Of a stretch of DNA of 64,000 nt, positions 40,215 through 49,534 are shown one piece after another (within the stretch, counting starts at the first letter, position 1; the number at the start of each line of letters is the position of its first letter). The position numbers were made by a program, and so were the translations under genes. Source of the stretch: Candidatus Latescibacterota bacterium (GTDB lineage: Bacteria > Latescibacterota > UBA2968); assembly GCA_965204375.1 (NCBI GenBank), contig OZ241986.1:3872001-3936000 (forward strand), written 5' to 3'. The notes beneath the pieces are model-generated. The model was not told where the DNA came from. It did no database searches and saw only the letters and a list, made by a program, of their open reading frames with translations.

Positions 40215-41792
40215 TCACATGCCCCATACGTCAATCTCTACCCCGCTGATAGACCTCCGGCGAAAGTGGAAGATCTTGTCCTCCCAACGCCTGCCTTCAC
40301 GACGGTCAAAAATCACCAGATGCCCTGCCTCTGCATCGCAACGATCCATGTACTCCGCTGTCTGTTCCAGACCCTCGGCAATGGTCTGCTCCAGGCTCTT
40401 GTGGAGTAATTTACATTCAATCACGATTTTGCGCGTCTGATCACCCTGCGGCCAGACGATCAGCAGATCGGTGCGTCCACGCCCCAAACCATACTCCCGT
40501 TCAATGCGCCCGCCACTGTTCACAATGCGCTGCAAAAACGCCTGCAACAGCAACTGCGGACCCGCCTCCTGATATTGGAACCGCGTCACCCAGTGCTCTG
40601 AGTGCTCGCGGAAAAAGGTCTGAAACTCGGCCATCAGCTTAATCACATCCAGGCTACCATCAGCAGTGACGTACCAGGCCGTATCCTCATTGAGTCCCAC
40701 CTGGGCTGCGTAGGTCAATTCGCGGGGGACGATTTCCGCGTAGATCGGATTGGCAATGCGAAGTGGGTCGTTTGGGGCGATCAAACCCAGGTCGCGGACA
40801 TACTCGAGATCGCGAGTGGAAAAGTCGCTGTTCTCTCCACCACTCAAGAGCGGTTCAATCACGCGCTGTACGCGTTCTTCCTGCAACTTATCGGCCAACT
40901 GATCCAGATGCGTCTCTCTACGCAGAATGAGTTGCTCTTGCGCTTCGAGAATATCGTCTGCGGTAATCGGCCGATGCCGGTCTGCTGTGTCCCCGTCGTG
41001 GAAACATGTCTCATCTGCCAGCGCGTTCACCAGATAGGGTTGCCCTTGCGTCTGCGTCCAGATCGTCTCCAGCGCGGCGGCGGTGAACACCTGTCCCGTC
41101 TCCTCTGTATGCTGATTGAGCAGGGCAATCACCTCGTCCCGCGAGAAATCGCCCAGACGCAGAGATCGCGCTCTGATATTGAACGCACTGCCACCGGCGA
41201 TAAGCGCGTTCTCTGCGGTTGATTGGATGCGGTAATCGCGCACATCGCGCACCCCGCACAGCACCACACTCTGCGGAAACCCCTCCGGGCGCAGGTCATA
41301 GCCAGCCCGCAACTGCCGCAGCACAGACAGCAGAGAATCGCCAATGAGCGCGTCTATCTCGTCAATGAGCAACACCAGAGGCTTTGGATCGGCTTTCGCC
41401 CAGCGCGTCAACGCCACACGCACTGCGGCGTGTGGACCAAACTCGGCGAGAATGCCGGACCAAATCTTGAGCAAAAATTCATCGTCAAGTGTCAGACTCG
41501 CCCGGACAGCCAACTCACCCAGAAAGGTACGCGTTGCCTGTTCCACATCTTCGTGTGCGGCCTGCCCGGCCTCGACATTAACATACACACAGCGGTAGGC
41601 ATCCTCAGCATTAAGCAGATCGCGCAGAGCCAACAATGCCGAAGTCTTGCCCGTCTGCCGGGGCGCGTGCAAAACGAAATAGCGTTTGTCGCGGATGAGC
41701 CGGCGCACATCGGCGAGGTTCAGCCGTTCCAGAGGCGGGATGCAGTAATGGTCTGCTGCCACCACTGGACCTGTCGTATTGAAGAAGCGCAT
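40215..41792 (-). CDS. P-loop ATPase (AAA_35-like) + PD-(D/E)XK nuclease, paralog of 32661-34238
   Basis: Same length (525 aa) and motifs; differs mainly at residues about 65-172. Confidence 0.85.
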   Translation of the reverse strand: MRFFNTTGPVVAADHYCIPPLERLNLADVRRLIRDKRYFVLHAPRQTGKTSALLALRDLLNAEDAYRCVYVNVEAGQAAHEDVEQATRTFLGELAVRASLTLDDEFLLKIWSGILAEFGPHAAVRVALTRWAKADPKPLVLLIDEIDALIGDSLLSVLRQLRAGYDLRPEGFPQSVVLCGVRDVRDYRIQSTAENALIAGGSAFNIRARSLRLGDFSRDEVIALLNQHTEETGQVFTAAALETIWTQTQGQPYLVNALADETCFHDGDTADRHRPITADDILEAQEQLILRRETHLDQLADKLQEERVQRVIEPLLSGGENSDFSTRDLEYVRDLGLIAPNDPLRIANPIYAEIVPRELTYAAQVGLNEDTAWYVTADGSLDVIKLMAEFQTFFREHSEHWVTRFQYQEAGPQLLLQAFLQRIVNSGGRIEREYGLGRGRTDLLIVWPQGDQTRKIVIECKLLHKSLEQTIAEGLEQTAEYMDRCDAEAGHLVIFDRREGRRWEDKIFHFRRRSISGVEIDVWGM

Positions 41793-41831
41793 GGATCACA
41801 CCCTCTCTATACGTCATGCGTGACTTGTAAG

Positions 41832-41985
41832 ATAGTAGCCTATTTCTATGGGCCTGTCAACACTGGCAACACATATCGCTACATCTATTGCCCTGTTGAA
41901 TCTGTTGATCAAACAATAGCTCTACTTTAGGTGCAACATCACAAAAAGAAAACGCCCCAGCATCGTTGTGCCGGGGCGTTTTTTG
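41832..41985 (-). promoter_or_regulatory. Repeated terminator+promoter module, family C copy 2
   Basis: TTGACA-N17-TACTAT plus hairpin. Confidence 0.8.
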
Positions 41986-42040
41986 TGTGTCCGGTAAACC
42001 AATTTCCAAATAGTGTCTGCTTCAAATCGGACAGCGCAAG

Positions 42041-42316
42041 TTATGATGATACCTCGCCGTAACTGTTGACAAAGATCAGAAAGTCGCTAACCCCAATGAT
42101 GCCATTGCCATCCAGATCGTACTTCGCGTCATACCCCGCATCGCCCTGACTTAATCCGTAATGTGCAAAAAACAGCAAATAGTCATCAATATTGACGCGA
42201 CCATCGCCATTAAAGTCAGGCGTAGCCACTGCTTCGATAACAAAGGTAGAAGGCTGCTCAATTCCCGCAACTGTCACTCCAACAACAGTCGTCTCCAAAG
42301 AATTCCCAAGTGTCAA
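42041..42316 (-). pseudogene. 3' fragment of a gene ending in a dockerin-like domain
   Basis: PDFNGDGRVNIDD...YDLDGNGIIGVSDF; no credible start or RBS. Confidence 0.55.
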
Positions 42317-42653
42317 AACCGTCTGTGCTCGACCACTCGAAACGGACGATCATTCGGCAAGAAATAGATCATTCGCATGGTGCGGGGTTCGCCAACGTTC
42401 AGATTAAGTGCTTGCGTGGAATCGAGAGGTCACCTACTCAGCGCAAGTGATACACTTTCTCCCTCGAATGCTGAATACAGGACTTACCCATCGCACGGCC
42501 TTCGCTGTTGCTAAAACTTGCACTACTCATACACCTTACTATCCCGAGCATAAACCACATAGAATCTGTTGTTGACATACATGATACTGTTCGGATGTCT
42601 GTTGTCGCGATCCAGATCAAAATACAGGGCTATGATGGCTCGTCATTTGCCTC

Positions 42654-43373
42654 TCAATGCACCAATTTGATGCCCCATTCAACACATCGCGTTTCGACTT
42701 CATTGAGCGGTGCCATCGTCACGATCACGCCATCGACTGTTTTATCGGGGTGCAATGTCCGCATCAACGCCACTTTATCGGCAAAGCGATCCACATCTTC
42801 CAACTCGCAAACAGACTTCACCTCAAACACCAGTAAAGTGCTATTATCGACCAGAATATCGACTTCGTAGCGGCGCCCTGAAGGCCCGATCATACCATCC
42901 ACATCTTCTATCGGCTGTCGCAAACGCACATTCTCAGATAAAACATCGTCCCGCCCAAGTACCAATCTCATTGTGCCAGCAACAACATCCTCCAGTTTTT
43001 TGCCAGACCGCGTTTGGAAACGACCCACGATCATCTCGACCCAATCTCTCAGATCGGAAAACCGCTGATCCATCTGGTCAAACCGTTCATCAACTTTCTC
43101 AAATCGCTCATTGACTTCTGACCGAAACGTTACCATTTCCGACTGAAATGTTTCCATTCCTGACCGAAATGTTTCCATTCCTGACCGAAATGTATCAAAT
43201 TCGCCCCGAAAATCGCGCAATTCAGAAAGGACTGCTGCTACTTCTTCTTTTGTGGCAAAAGTCCGCATAAAAGCCGTATAGATTCGCCGTTCCATCTCTG
43301 GATGCCGTGCAAGCAAAGCTGGCAACTGCTTCTCAAGCGTCTCTAACAATTCTTCATCTGTCAACAGGGCCAT
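42654..43373 (-). CDS. Coiled-coil heptad-repeat protein with C-terminal PD-(D/E)XK-like domain (DUF3782-like)
   Basis: GAGG RBS; FATKEE, FRSGMET heptads (21-bp tandem repeats), EVDIL...FEVK. Confidence 0.75.
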   Translation of the reverse strand: MALLTDEELLETLEKQLPALLARHPEMERRIYTAFMRTFATKEEVAAVLSELRDFRGEFDTFRSGMETFRSGMETFQSEMVTFRSEVNERFEKVDERFDQMDQRFSDLRDWVEMIVGRFQTRSGKKLEDVVAGTMRLVLGRDDVLSENVRLRQPIEDVDGMIGPSGRRYEVDILVDNSTLLVFEVKSVCELEDVDRFADKVALMRTLHPDKTVDGVIVTMAPLNEVETRCVEWGIKLVH

Positions 43374-43439
43374 CTCTCATTCCTCATTGGGGGTTTCCAT
43401 AACGCAAGGCCAACAGGCCCAATGACCTTGATCAGATCA

Positions 43440-43592
43440 AAAGTAGCCTATTTCTATGGGCCTGTCAACACTGGCAACACATATCGCTACATCCATTGCC
43501 TTGTTGAATCTGTTGATCAAACAATAGCTCTACTTTAGGTGCAACATCACAAAAAGAAAACGCCTCAGCATCGTTGTGCCGGGGCGTTTTTG
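43440..43592 (-). promoter_or_regulatory. Repeated terminator+promoter module, family C copy 3
   Basis: TTGACA-N17-TACTTT plus hairpin, upstream of an unrelated gene. Confidence 0.8.
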
Positions 43593-43704
43593 CGTGTCAG
43601 GTAAATTCATCTTGAATTCACGCTATTTGCATAAGCGCAAATCGCGCTCAGTTTCGGGTCATCCCCCCAATACTTATAAAAATTTTCTGAGCATCAGAAG
43701 CAGG

Positions 43705-44490
43705 TCAAAACGATTCGCTCGAAATGAACTTATAGAAACGCGCCTCCACTGCCTTCAAGCGCGACTTATAGACCGCTTTTTCGGTTGGACCGGTTGAATC
43801 AAATACCCGCACAAAAAACCGGCATTCTTTCGACTGGGAAAATTCGAACAACTGAGACGTTGCCCCAAGAAAGGCTTTTTCCGAAATATCCTGTGCCAAA
43901 ATAACGTTTTGAACCGGCAGATTTCCCCGTTCCTCCGTGCGATGAGGCAGGTCTGTCTCCCGCACAACCAGTCCAGTGGGCGTCAGTTTTACGTCGTAGA
44001 TATACTCAACCGTGCCATCGTCGCGCGTCCAGCAGGACGGAACTTCGGTCCCTTTACCCGCTGATATGAGTTTTCCATAGCTAATCAACGTGTCCTTTAC
44101 AGCATCTGGATTTTCGCCAAATCCAACCGCTCTTGCACCTTCACGAATCTTTTCAACATATTGCTTCGCCTTCTCCAGTTCTCTTTCCACATCATCAACA
44201 TCCTTATCGCCAAACGCCTTCTTAAACGCTACAAGACTATCCTGCCCGCTTCTCCATTCGCGTATCAAGTCCTCCCACGTCTTCCCATCAGGCGGTTTCG
44301 GAGGCACTTCACTGTGCTGTCCCCTTTTCAGGTCCTCTTGCACTTCCTTCAATTTTTCTCCCTGCACTGCCAACAACGCTGCAAAAGTGATCAGCAGTAC
44401 GAAAATGATCAGAAGCGCGACCTCTGCCATCGTAAAGCCGAGAACAAGACCGCGCTGATAGGATTTGTTCTGCGTCTCAATGGTTGCCAT
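43705..44490 (-). CDS. Single-TM MotB/ZorB-positioned protein lacking a recognisable OmpA domain
   Basis: GLVLGFTMAEVALLIIFVLLI (acidic residue at TM start), coiled coil, Cys-containing C-domain; overlaps upstream MotA-like gene. Confidence 0.55.
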   Translation of the reverse strand: MATIETQNKSYQRGLVLGFTMAEVALLIIFVLLITFAALLAVQGEKLKEVQEDLKRGQHSEVPPKPPDGKTWEDLIREWRSGQDSLVAFKKAFGDKDVDDVERELEKAKQYVEKIREGARAVGFGENPDAVKDTLISYGKLISAGKGTEVPSCWTRDDGTVEYIYDVKLTPTGLVVRETDLPHRTEERGNLPVQNVILAQDISEKAFLGATSQLFEFSQSKECRFFVRVFDSTGPTEKAVYKSRLKAVEARFYKFISSESF

Positions 44491-45886
44491 CTTTGGAATC
44501 TTGTTCTTTTTCAGGTTTTACAGGTTGAAAAAAGTTGCGAATTTTGCGCATCCAATTCTGACTTGTTGGGTGCGCATCAGTGGTGTTGCATAAGCTTTGT
44601 TCGAGTGCAGCTACCGCGCTTTGCACCTTGTTCAATGTCTGAACCAGATCACCTCCCGCTGTGCCAATTTGCTCCGCACTTCTCTGCAACGGCTCAACGG
44701 ACTGATTCAGCAATTTTTCAGGTAGATCATCCGATACCTCAATATTGCTGATCCGTTGTGACAGGTCCTGCATACTTTCCACAAAAGCATTTGTGCTCTC
44801 ACGCATCTTGTTGCTATCTGTCTCAAAGCCTTCATTCGCGGCCTTAATAACGCCAGTGAATTTTTGCAAATCCCGCTCGAAATTCTGGGCGGCATTTTCG
44901 AACTGAGAGCTAAGACCACGCTCCATTTTATCCAGAAAAGCGGCAATAGCCCCCTGTAAATCGCGCTCAAATTTATCCGTTGGAATCCGGGTATTATTCA
45001 ATCGATCTGCAAGTGTCTCTCCCGCAGTGCCTATCTGCTCGGCAACCGCTTCAATCTGCCAGCTCAATGGTTGCAAGATCTTTTCAAGGAGGTCTTCCGG
45101 CGCAGAGATTTTGTCGATTTTTGCGACAAGACCATTGAGGCTTTCTGCTATGGCCTCCGAACCTTCTTGCAACTTTTGTCGGCTCTCTCCCAGAGTGTTG
45201 GCTGCACTGTCAATGACAGATTTTGCCTCCTCGAATCCGCGTTGCAACTTCTGCTGGTTCTCATCGAAACGATTATCTGCTTCCTGTACGGTTGCAACAA
45301 ACTTTGTTACCGCTGTATCGAGCTGGGACAGACTCTGTTGCAAATTTTCGTCAATTGCATTCTTTGTCTCATCGAGTCCCTGCCTCAAATTTTCCTGCAT
45401 CTCCCGACTATATTGCAAAAAACTGCGGGTTGCATCACGTAGCCCCAAATTAAGCTCTCTTACCACATCCGCCAGTTCGACACGCGCGCGCTCCTCGATC
45501 TCTTCTGGATCTGTCTGATTCAGACCGAAATAGACTCGAAAAGCGACCCCCAATATGGTCGAAAAGATAGCGATCCCGAAGTTTGTGATAATTGGGGTGA
45601 TGGATTCGATATCTTCTTGTTTTGGGGTAAACTCATAAAGCGAAACAGCCAGACTGACAAGCGTATATAAAAGCCCAAGATAGTAGAGATTGTCGCCAAT
45701 TAAATTGAGGTAAGCGCGCAGTTTATAGTGCCATATTGCATAGCCCAACATGATCGCTACTGGACAAGCGGTCACGCCAAACTGATTCACACCCAGCAAC
45801 TTAAGAATGATGATCCCGGCCGATCCCAATAAGAAACAAGCCAAAAAAATCTTCGGATTCAAAGATTCAGCGCGTCTATCCATCAA
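44477..45886 (-). CDS. MotA/TolQ/ExbB-like (ZorA-like) membrane protein with long helical tail
   Basis: YYLGLLYTLVSL and NFGIAIFSTILG TM motifs, then about 350 aa helical tail with internal repeats. Confidence 0.65.
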   Translation of the reverse strand: MMDRRAESLNPKIFLACFLLGSAGIIILKLLGVNQFGVTACPVAIMLGYAIWHYKLRAYLNLIGDNLYYLGLLYTLVSLAVSLYEFTPKQEDIESITPIITNFGIAIFSTILGVAFRVYFGLNQTDPEEIEERARVELADVVRELNLGLRDATRSFLQYSREMQENLRQGLDETKNAIDENLQQSLSQLDTAVTKFVATVQEADNRFDENQQKLQRGFEEAKSVIDSAANTLGESRQKLQEGSEAIAESLNGLVAKIDKISAPEDLLEKILQPLSWQIEAVAEQIGTAGETLADRLNNTRIPTDKFERDLQGAIAAFLDKMERGLSSQFENAAQNFERDLQKFTGVIKAANEGFETDSNKMRESTNAFVESMQDLSQRISNIEVSDDLPEKLLNQSVEPLQRSAEQIGTAGGDLVQTLNKVQSAVAALEQSLCNTTDAHPTSQNWMRKIRNFFQPVKPEKEQDSKDGNH

Positions 45887-46698
45887 TCGTTTATCCCCGA
45901 AGTTCTAAGCACACGGACGACTCGCCCCCCATGTTCTTTGAGCCAGGATTGGAAGAATTTCAAGAGAGATCCACCATCGCCCTGCTGCGATTGTCTTCGC
46001 TGAATAAGCCATATCTCGATATCGACATCCCGCAGATCGGGGTTCAGCCCTCGCGCTTCGGGAGTCCGCTGGAAACGGTTGAAATCCGGTAGCTCTCTGT
46101 AAAATGAAATCGCGTCGCTGTTTTGCAGAAGATCCGAAATAATGATAAGACGCCGCGGAATAGTATCGCGCCCGGCCGCCTGGAAGTGCGTTATAGAAAC
46201 CGACTGCACGGATTCCATGATCGGCGACAATGGTGCTTCTTTTTCAGTAAGCAAATTTTTAAGTACTTTTTCCAATGGCTGTCGAAACTTCTGATTCCAT
46301 TTTCGACGAATTATCGCTGCGGATTCGATTAAGGGATCGGCCTCGTCCGGGTCGCCGGGATTGCAAACCTGGATAAGCGGATCAAGGGTTTTTTCCCGGG
46401 TGGAATCCACTGCAAAAATACTGATCTCGTGATTTTCCTCACTCTCAATAAGGCAGTTCCAGATTTGATTGTTCAAATCAGCCCTAGTCGTGGCCCCGAA
46501 TGAATCGGTGCGATCAAGCAGAATCGCCGTAATTGAAGATGGCCCCTCTGATCTGCAAAGGGTATCCGGATTGCGCACAACCGGGTCTGGGATGTTCAAA
46601 AAAATAAAAATCACAATTGTAAGCACGACCACCATTATCCCAACACCTGCTACGTACAATAGTGTATCTTGCCTCTTCTTTTTTTGCCGTCTCGTCAT
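45883..46698 (-). CDS. Membrane-anchored vWA-like domain protein
   Basis: Basic N-terminus + TM; ILLDRTDS (MIDAS-like DxTxS), SPI, LIIISDLLQN. Confidence 0.65.
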   Translation of the reverse strand: MTRRQKKKRQDTLLYVAGVGIMVVVLTIVIFIFLNIPDPVVRNPDTLCRSEGPSSITAILLDRTDSFGATTRADLNNQIWNCLIESEENHEISIFAVDSTREKTLDPLIQVCNPGDPDEADPLIESAAIIRRKWNQKFRQPLEKVLKNLLTEKEAPLSPIMESVQSVSITHFQAAGRDTIPRRLIIISDLLQNSDAISFYRELPDFNRFQRTPEARGLNPDLRDVDIEIWLIQRRQSQQGDGGSLLKFFQSWLKEHGGRVVRVLRTSGIND

Positions 46699-46776
46699 GA
46701 TTGGTCTCTGGGCTATCCGATTTTGATGCGTTACCTATTTCCATTTATTGAAATAGGTCAAAAACAAAATCACTCA

Positions 46777-48246
46777 CTAAAATTCGTTATAATCGGCATT
46801 CTGATTAGTTTTAGTTGGGAAAAAATCTCTTTTGATATCCCCACTGGAAGCATCGTAGTATTGTCTTAGAGATTTCAACCCTCTCTGATAGTTTTCTTCC
46901 GTCTCTTCCATGTACGTCTCAACAGTCGCCGCTGGCATGACCGGCAAATCTGCTGTTATTCTCGGCTTTGTCATTCTCCATTTTTTTCCAAATCGTTCTG
47001 GTTCCTGATTTCCTTCTCGCCATCTAATATTTGTAGCCTGGTAGCGTCTGAGTAAACCGTTTCCCAAGCTTTCTATATGGTCAATATGTCGCCGAAAAGA
47101 TTCGATAAAATTCTCATAATCGTTCTCAATTTCTTTGAATCGCCTTTCATTTCGCATAATACGTTGCTTAATATCCTCCAGTTTTTTGACTTCTTGCTGG
47201 AATTTGTTATGCAATTTTTCTTGATGTTCCCTGTAGATTTCTTTGTATTCTTCTTCTGCTTTTATAACTGAGCGAGCATGCTTCCCATAACCTGGATATA
47301 GATCATCCCACATTATTCCATCAATAAAGCTAATAATCGCAAACAGGCATCCCATCCCAAAGAGTATCCATGATTGAAACTCTTTTAGACCAAACGGATT
47401 CTCAAGGAAATTAGCGACGGCACGCAGACCTCCTTCATCAAGCACGGTGCCCGTTGATTCCCGATAGTGCGCCACCATCAGATTGAAACCGACTGCAAAT
47501 ACTACAAATGCCACTGCACAAACAGCCCCAATAAATTTTTTACCCCGATTGACATGGACCAGATTGGTAACCAATCTGCCCAACATAAAGGCAAAGCCGA
47601 GATTGAGAATTGAGATGACCGTCGCCTCAATGTAAGCCCCGTAAAATCCCAACTCGTTTCCCTTTGCCAGAAAGGATGCATTTCCCACCGTCTCAATGAA
47701 CCAGAGCACAAAGATGATACCTAAGATCAATACCTGTTGTGGCGTGGTGCGCGGATGTGGTTCTCGGTCAAGGTTATTTTCTTTTCGAAAATTCTCAAGA
47801 TCCTTTTGTTTGTTATTGAGCTTTTTTTTCTCGCCATCTAATTCCAATTCAGCCGTATGGAATAAGTCATTGAATATTTTTTCCCCTTGATCGGGATCAT
47901 TCACTCTTTTCATTTTGCCCAATTCTTCTTCAAAATTTAGCAGATTAAGACTATTTGCATAGTTCTCCCTCTTACCAGAATATGTAGCTTGTGCCCTGTC
48001 TCGAACGCCCTCAATATGTCCGATAATTTCCTGCTCTACAAAACTCCAACTGTGGCTGTCCAGCGCGGGCAATCCCTGATTTGCGTCGTCTCTGGCTCTC
48101 TCATCTATTCTTAGACTTCGCGAAGTATCATCTATACCAATTTGCTTAAATTCCCATACCGGTATCTTCTCCTCATTTTTTATACCGCTCGGCACAGCCT
48201 TTTTTGGGCCTGAAAATTTTGAACGGATTTTGTCAATAATAGACAT
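46777..48246 (-). CDS. Multi-TM coiled-coil membrane protein
   Basis: GGAG RBS; about 4 central TM segments flanked by charged coiled coils; AT-rich. Confidence 0.7.
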   Translation of the reverse strand: MSIIDKIRSKFSGPKKAVPSGIKNEEKIPVWEFKQIGIDDTSRSLRIDERARDDANQGLPALDSHSWSFVEQEIIGHIEGVRDRAQATYSGKRENYANSLNLLNFEEELGKMKRVNDPDQGEKIFNDLFHTAELELDGEKKKLNNKQKDLENFRKENNLDREPHPRTTPQQVLILGIIFVLWFIETVGNASFLAKGNELGFYGAYIEATVISILNLGFAFMLGRLVTNLVHVNRGKKFIGAVCAVAFVVFAVGFNLMVAHYRESTGTVLDEGGLRAVANFLENPFGLKEFQSWILFGMGCLFAIISFIDGIMWDDLYPGYGKHARSVIKAEEEYKEIYREHQEKLHNKFQQEVKKLEDIKQRIMRNERRFKEIENDYENFIESFRRHIDHIESLGNGLLRRYQATNIRWREGNQEPERFGKKWRMTKPRITADLPVMPAATVETYMEETEENYQRGLKSLRQYYDASSGDIKRDFFPTKTNQNADYNEF

Positions 48247-48487
48247 AAAAATCTCCTTTAGATAATTCTACATACTGGCCTTTTGTTTGCCATTTCTGAA
48301 ACCTCATTCTACTCAAGTCCGAATCAAGTACCAATTCAATTTTGCGCTGGTCCAAAAAATTCATGCGGCAAAACACGTCCCAGAGGTGAACTTTAGAAGA
48401 TATATCTGCCCAAAGGCATTGTAAAATACCAACCTTTGACTCTCTTTTCTGCTCAGAAGGCGTATATTTTTTTCAAGAATAGGGATC

Positions 48488-49516
48488 TCACGGCCCCCTG
48501 GATTCAGGGCGTTCGCGGGAAGGTTTTTTCGGCTCTATCTCCCTCGGTTCACGCTGTTCTCTAGAAGGGCGCTGTTCTCGGTAGGGATGCTGTCTGCGAT
48601 AGGTATCTGGTGCCACAGCCATCGTCCGCACAACCCGAAAACCGATGTAATTTGTGGTCCCATGCGCCCTGGCGTAATGCCGTGCGGATGAACGGAAAGG
48701 GACGAGAACACTGCGGCCATACTCGTACCAGGAACCACCCCGCAGGACGCGCATCTCGCAATTGCCTTCTCGCCAAACACTGCCATCGGATGGCGCACCG
48801 TCGTAGGTGTCATTCCAGCAGTCCGCTGTCCACTCCAGCACATTTCCGATCATATCGTACAAACCAAAATTGTTCGGGCGATACGACCCGACAGGTACTG
48901 TTGAACGTTTTTCTTCGGCACAATTATAAATAGGTCCCACATTTGCATAGGCACAAATCTCAGTCAGTCGGGGATCCTCCCCCCAATAATAGGGCGTTGG
49001 CGTGTCAGCCCGCACAGCATACTCCCACTCTGCCTCACTCAACAGACGATACGGCTTCCCCGTCTTGCGACTGAGCCACGAGACATATCTCTGCGCGTCG
49101 TTCCAATCCACATGGATCACCGGGCGATTGCCCCTGCCCCACTTTTCGTCTCCAGGCTTATGGCCATTGCACCCACCATCCGCCACACAGGCATCCCATT
49201 CGGCAAACGTTACCTCATATCGCCCCACGGCAATGGGCTGTCCAATCGTCACCAGATGCTGCGGCATTTCGGCCCGACGCACACTCAGCCCTCGTCTTGC
49301 GGAGCCCATCAGAAAGTGCCCCGGTGGCAAAATAACCACCTCTGGACATTCTGGACAATCCCGGAACACATCGCCGACAAACCTGATCGTCGGCTGCTGC
49401 CTGGGCAAAACCACCACATCCTGTGGCGGCATTTGCGCCGATGTAGTGCCCATATTGGACAAGACCCCCATCAACAGGACCCCACCCCAAATAAAAGCGC
49501 GTAATTTCAACGACAT
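48488..49516 (-). CDS. FGE-sulfatase (SUMF1) domain exported protein
   Basis: FRDCPECPE, FLMGS, YEVTFAEW, RLLSEAEWEYA, FGLYDMIGNVLEW, RGGSW, IGFRV. Confidence 0.93.
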   Translation of the reverse strand: MSLKLRAFIWGGVLLMGVLSNMGTTSAQMPPQDVVVLPRQQPTIRFVGDVFRDCPECPEVVILPPGHFLMGSARRGLSVRRAEMPQHLVTIGQPIAVGRYEVTFAEWDACVADGGCNGHKPGDEKWGRGNRPVIHVDWNDAQRYVSWLSRKTGKPYRLLSEAEWEYAVRADTPTPYYWGEDPRLTEICAYANVGPIYNCAEEKRSTVPVGSYRPNNFGLYDMIGNVLEWTADCWNDTYDGAPSDGSVWREGNCEMRVLRGGSWYEYGRSVLVPFRSSARHYARAHGTTNYIGFRVVRTMAVAPDTYRRQHPYREQRPSREQREPREIEPKKPSRERPESRGP

Positions 49517-49534
49517 GACCTTTTCTCCAATTTT

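Larger units (their letters stand above)
40193..42118. repeat. Direct duplication, about 1.9 kb, copy 2
   Basis: Matches 32639-34563. Confidence 0.95.

Noticed and set aside
32661-41792. Diversity-generating retroelement template/variable repeat pair
   Set aside because: Differences are not restricted to adenines, the repeat spans whole genes, and no reverse transcriptase is present
34278-43592. Family C module as integron attC sites
   Set aside because: No clear RYYYAAC/GTTRRRY-bounded attC palindrome and no integrase; it reads as terminator plus promoter
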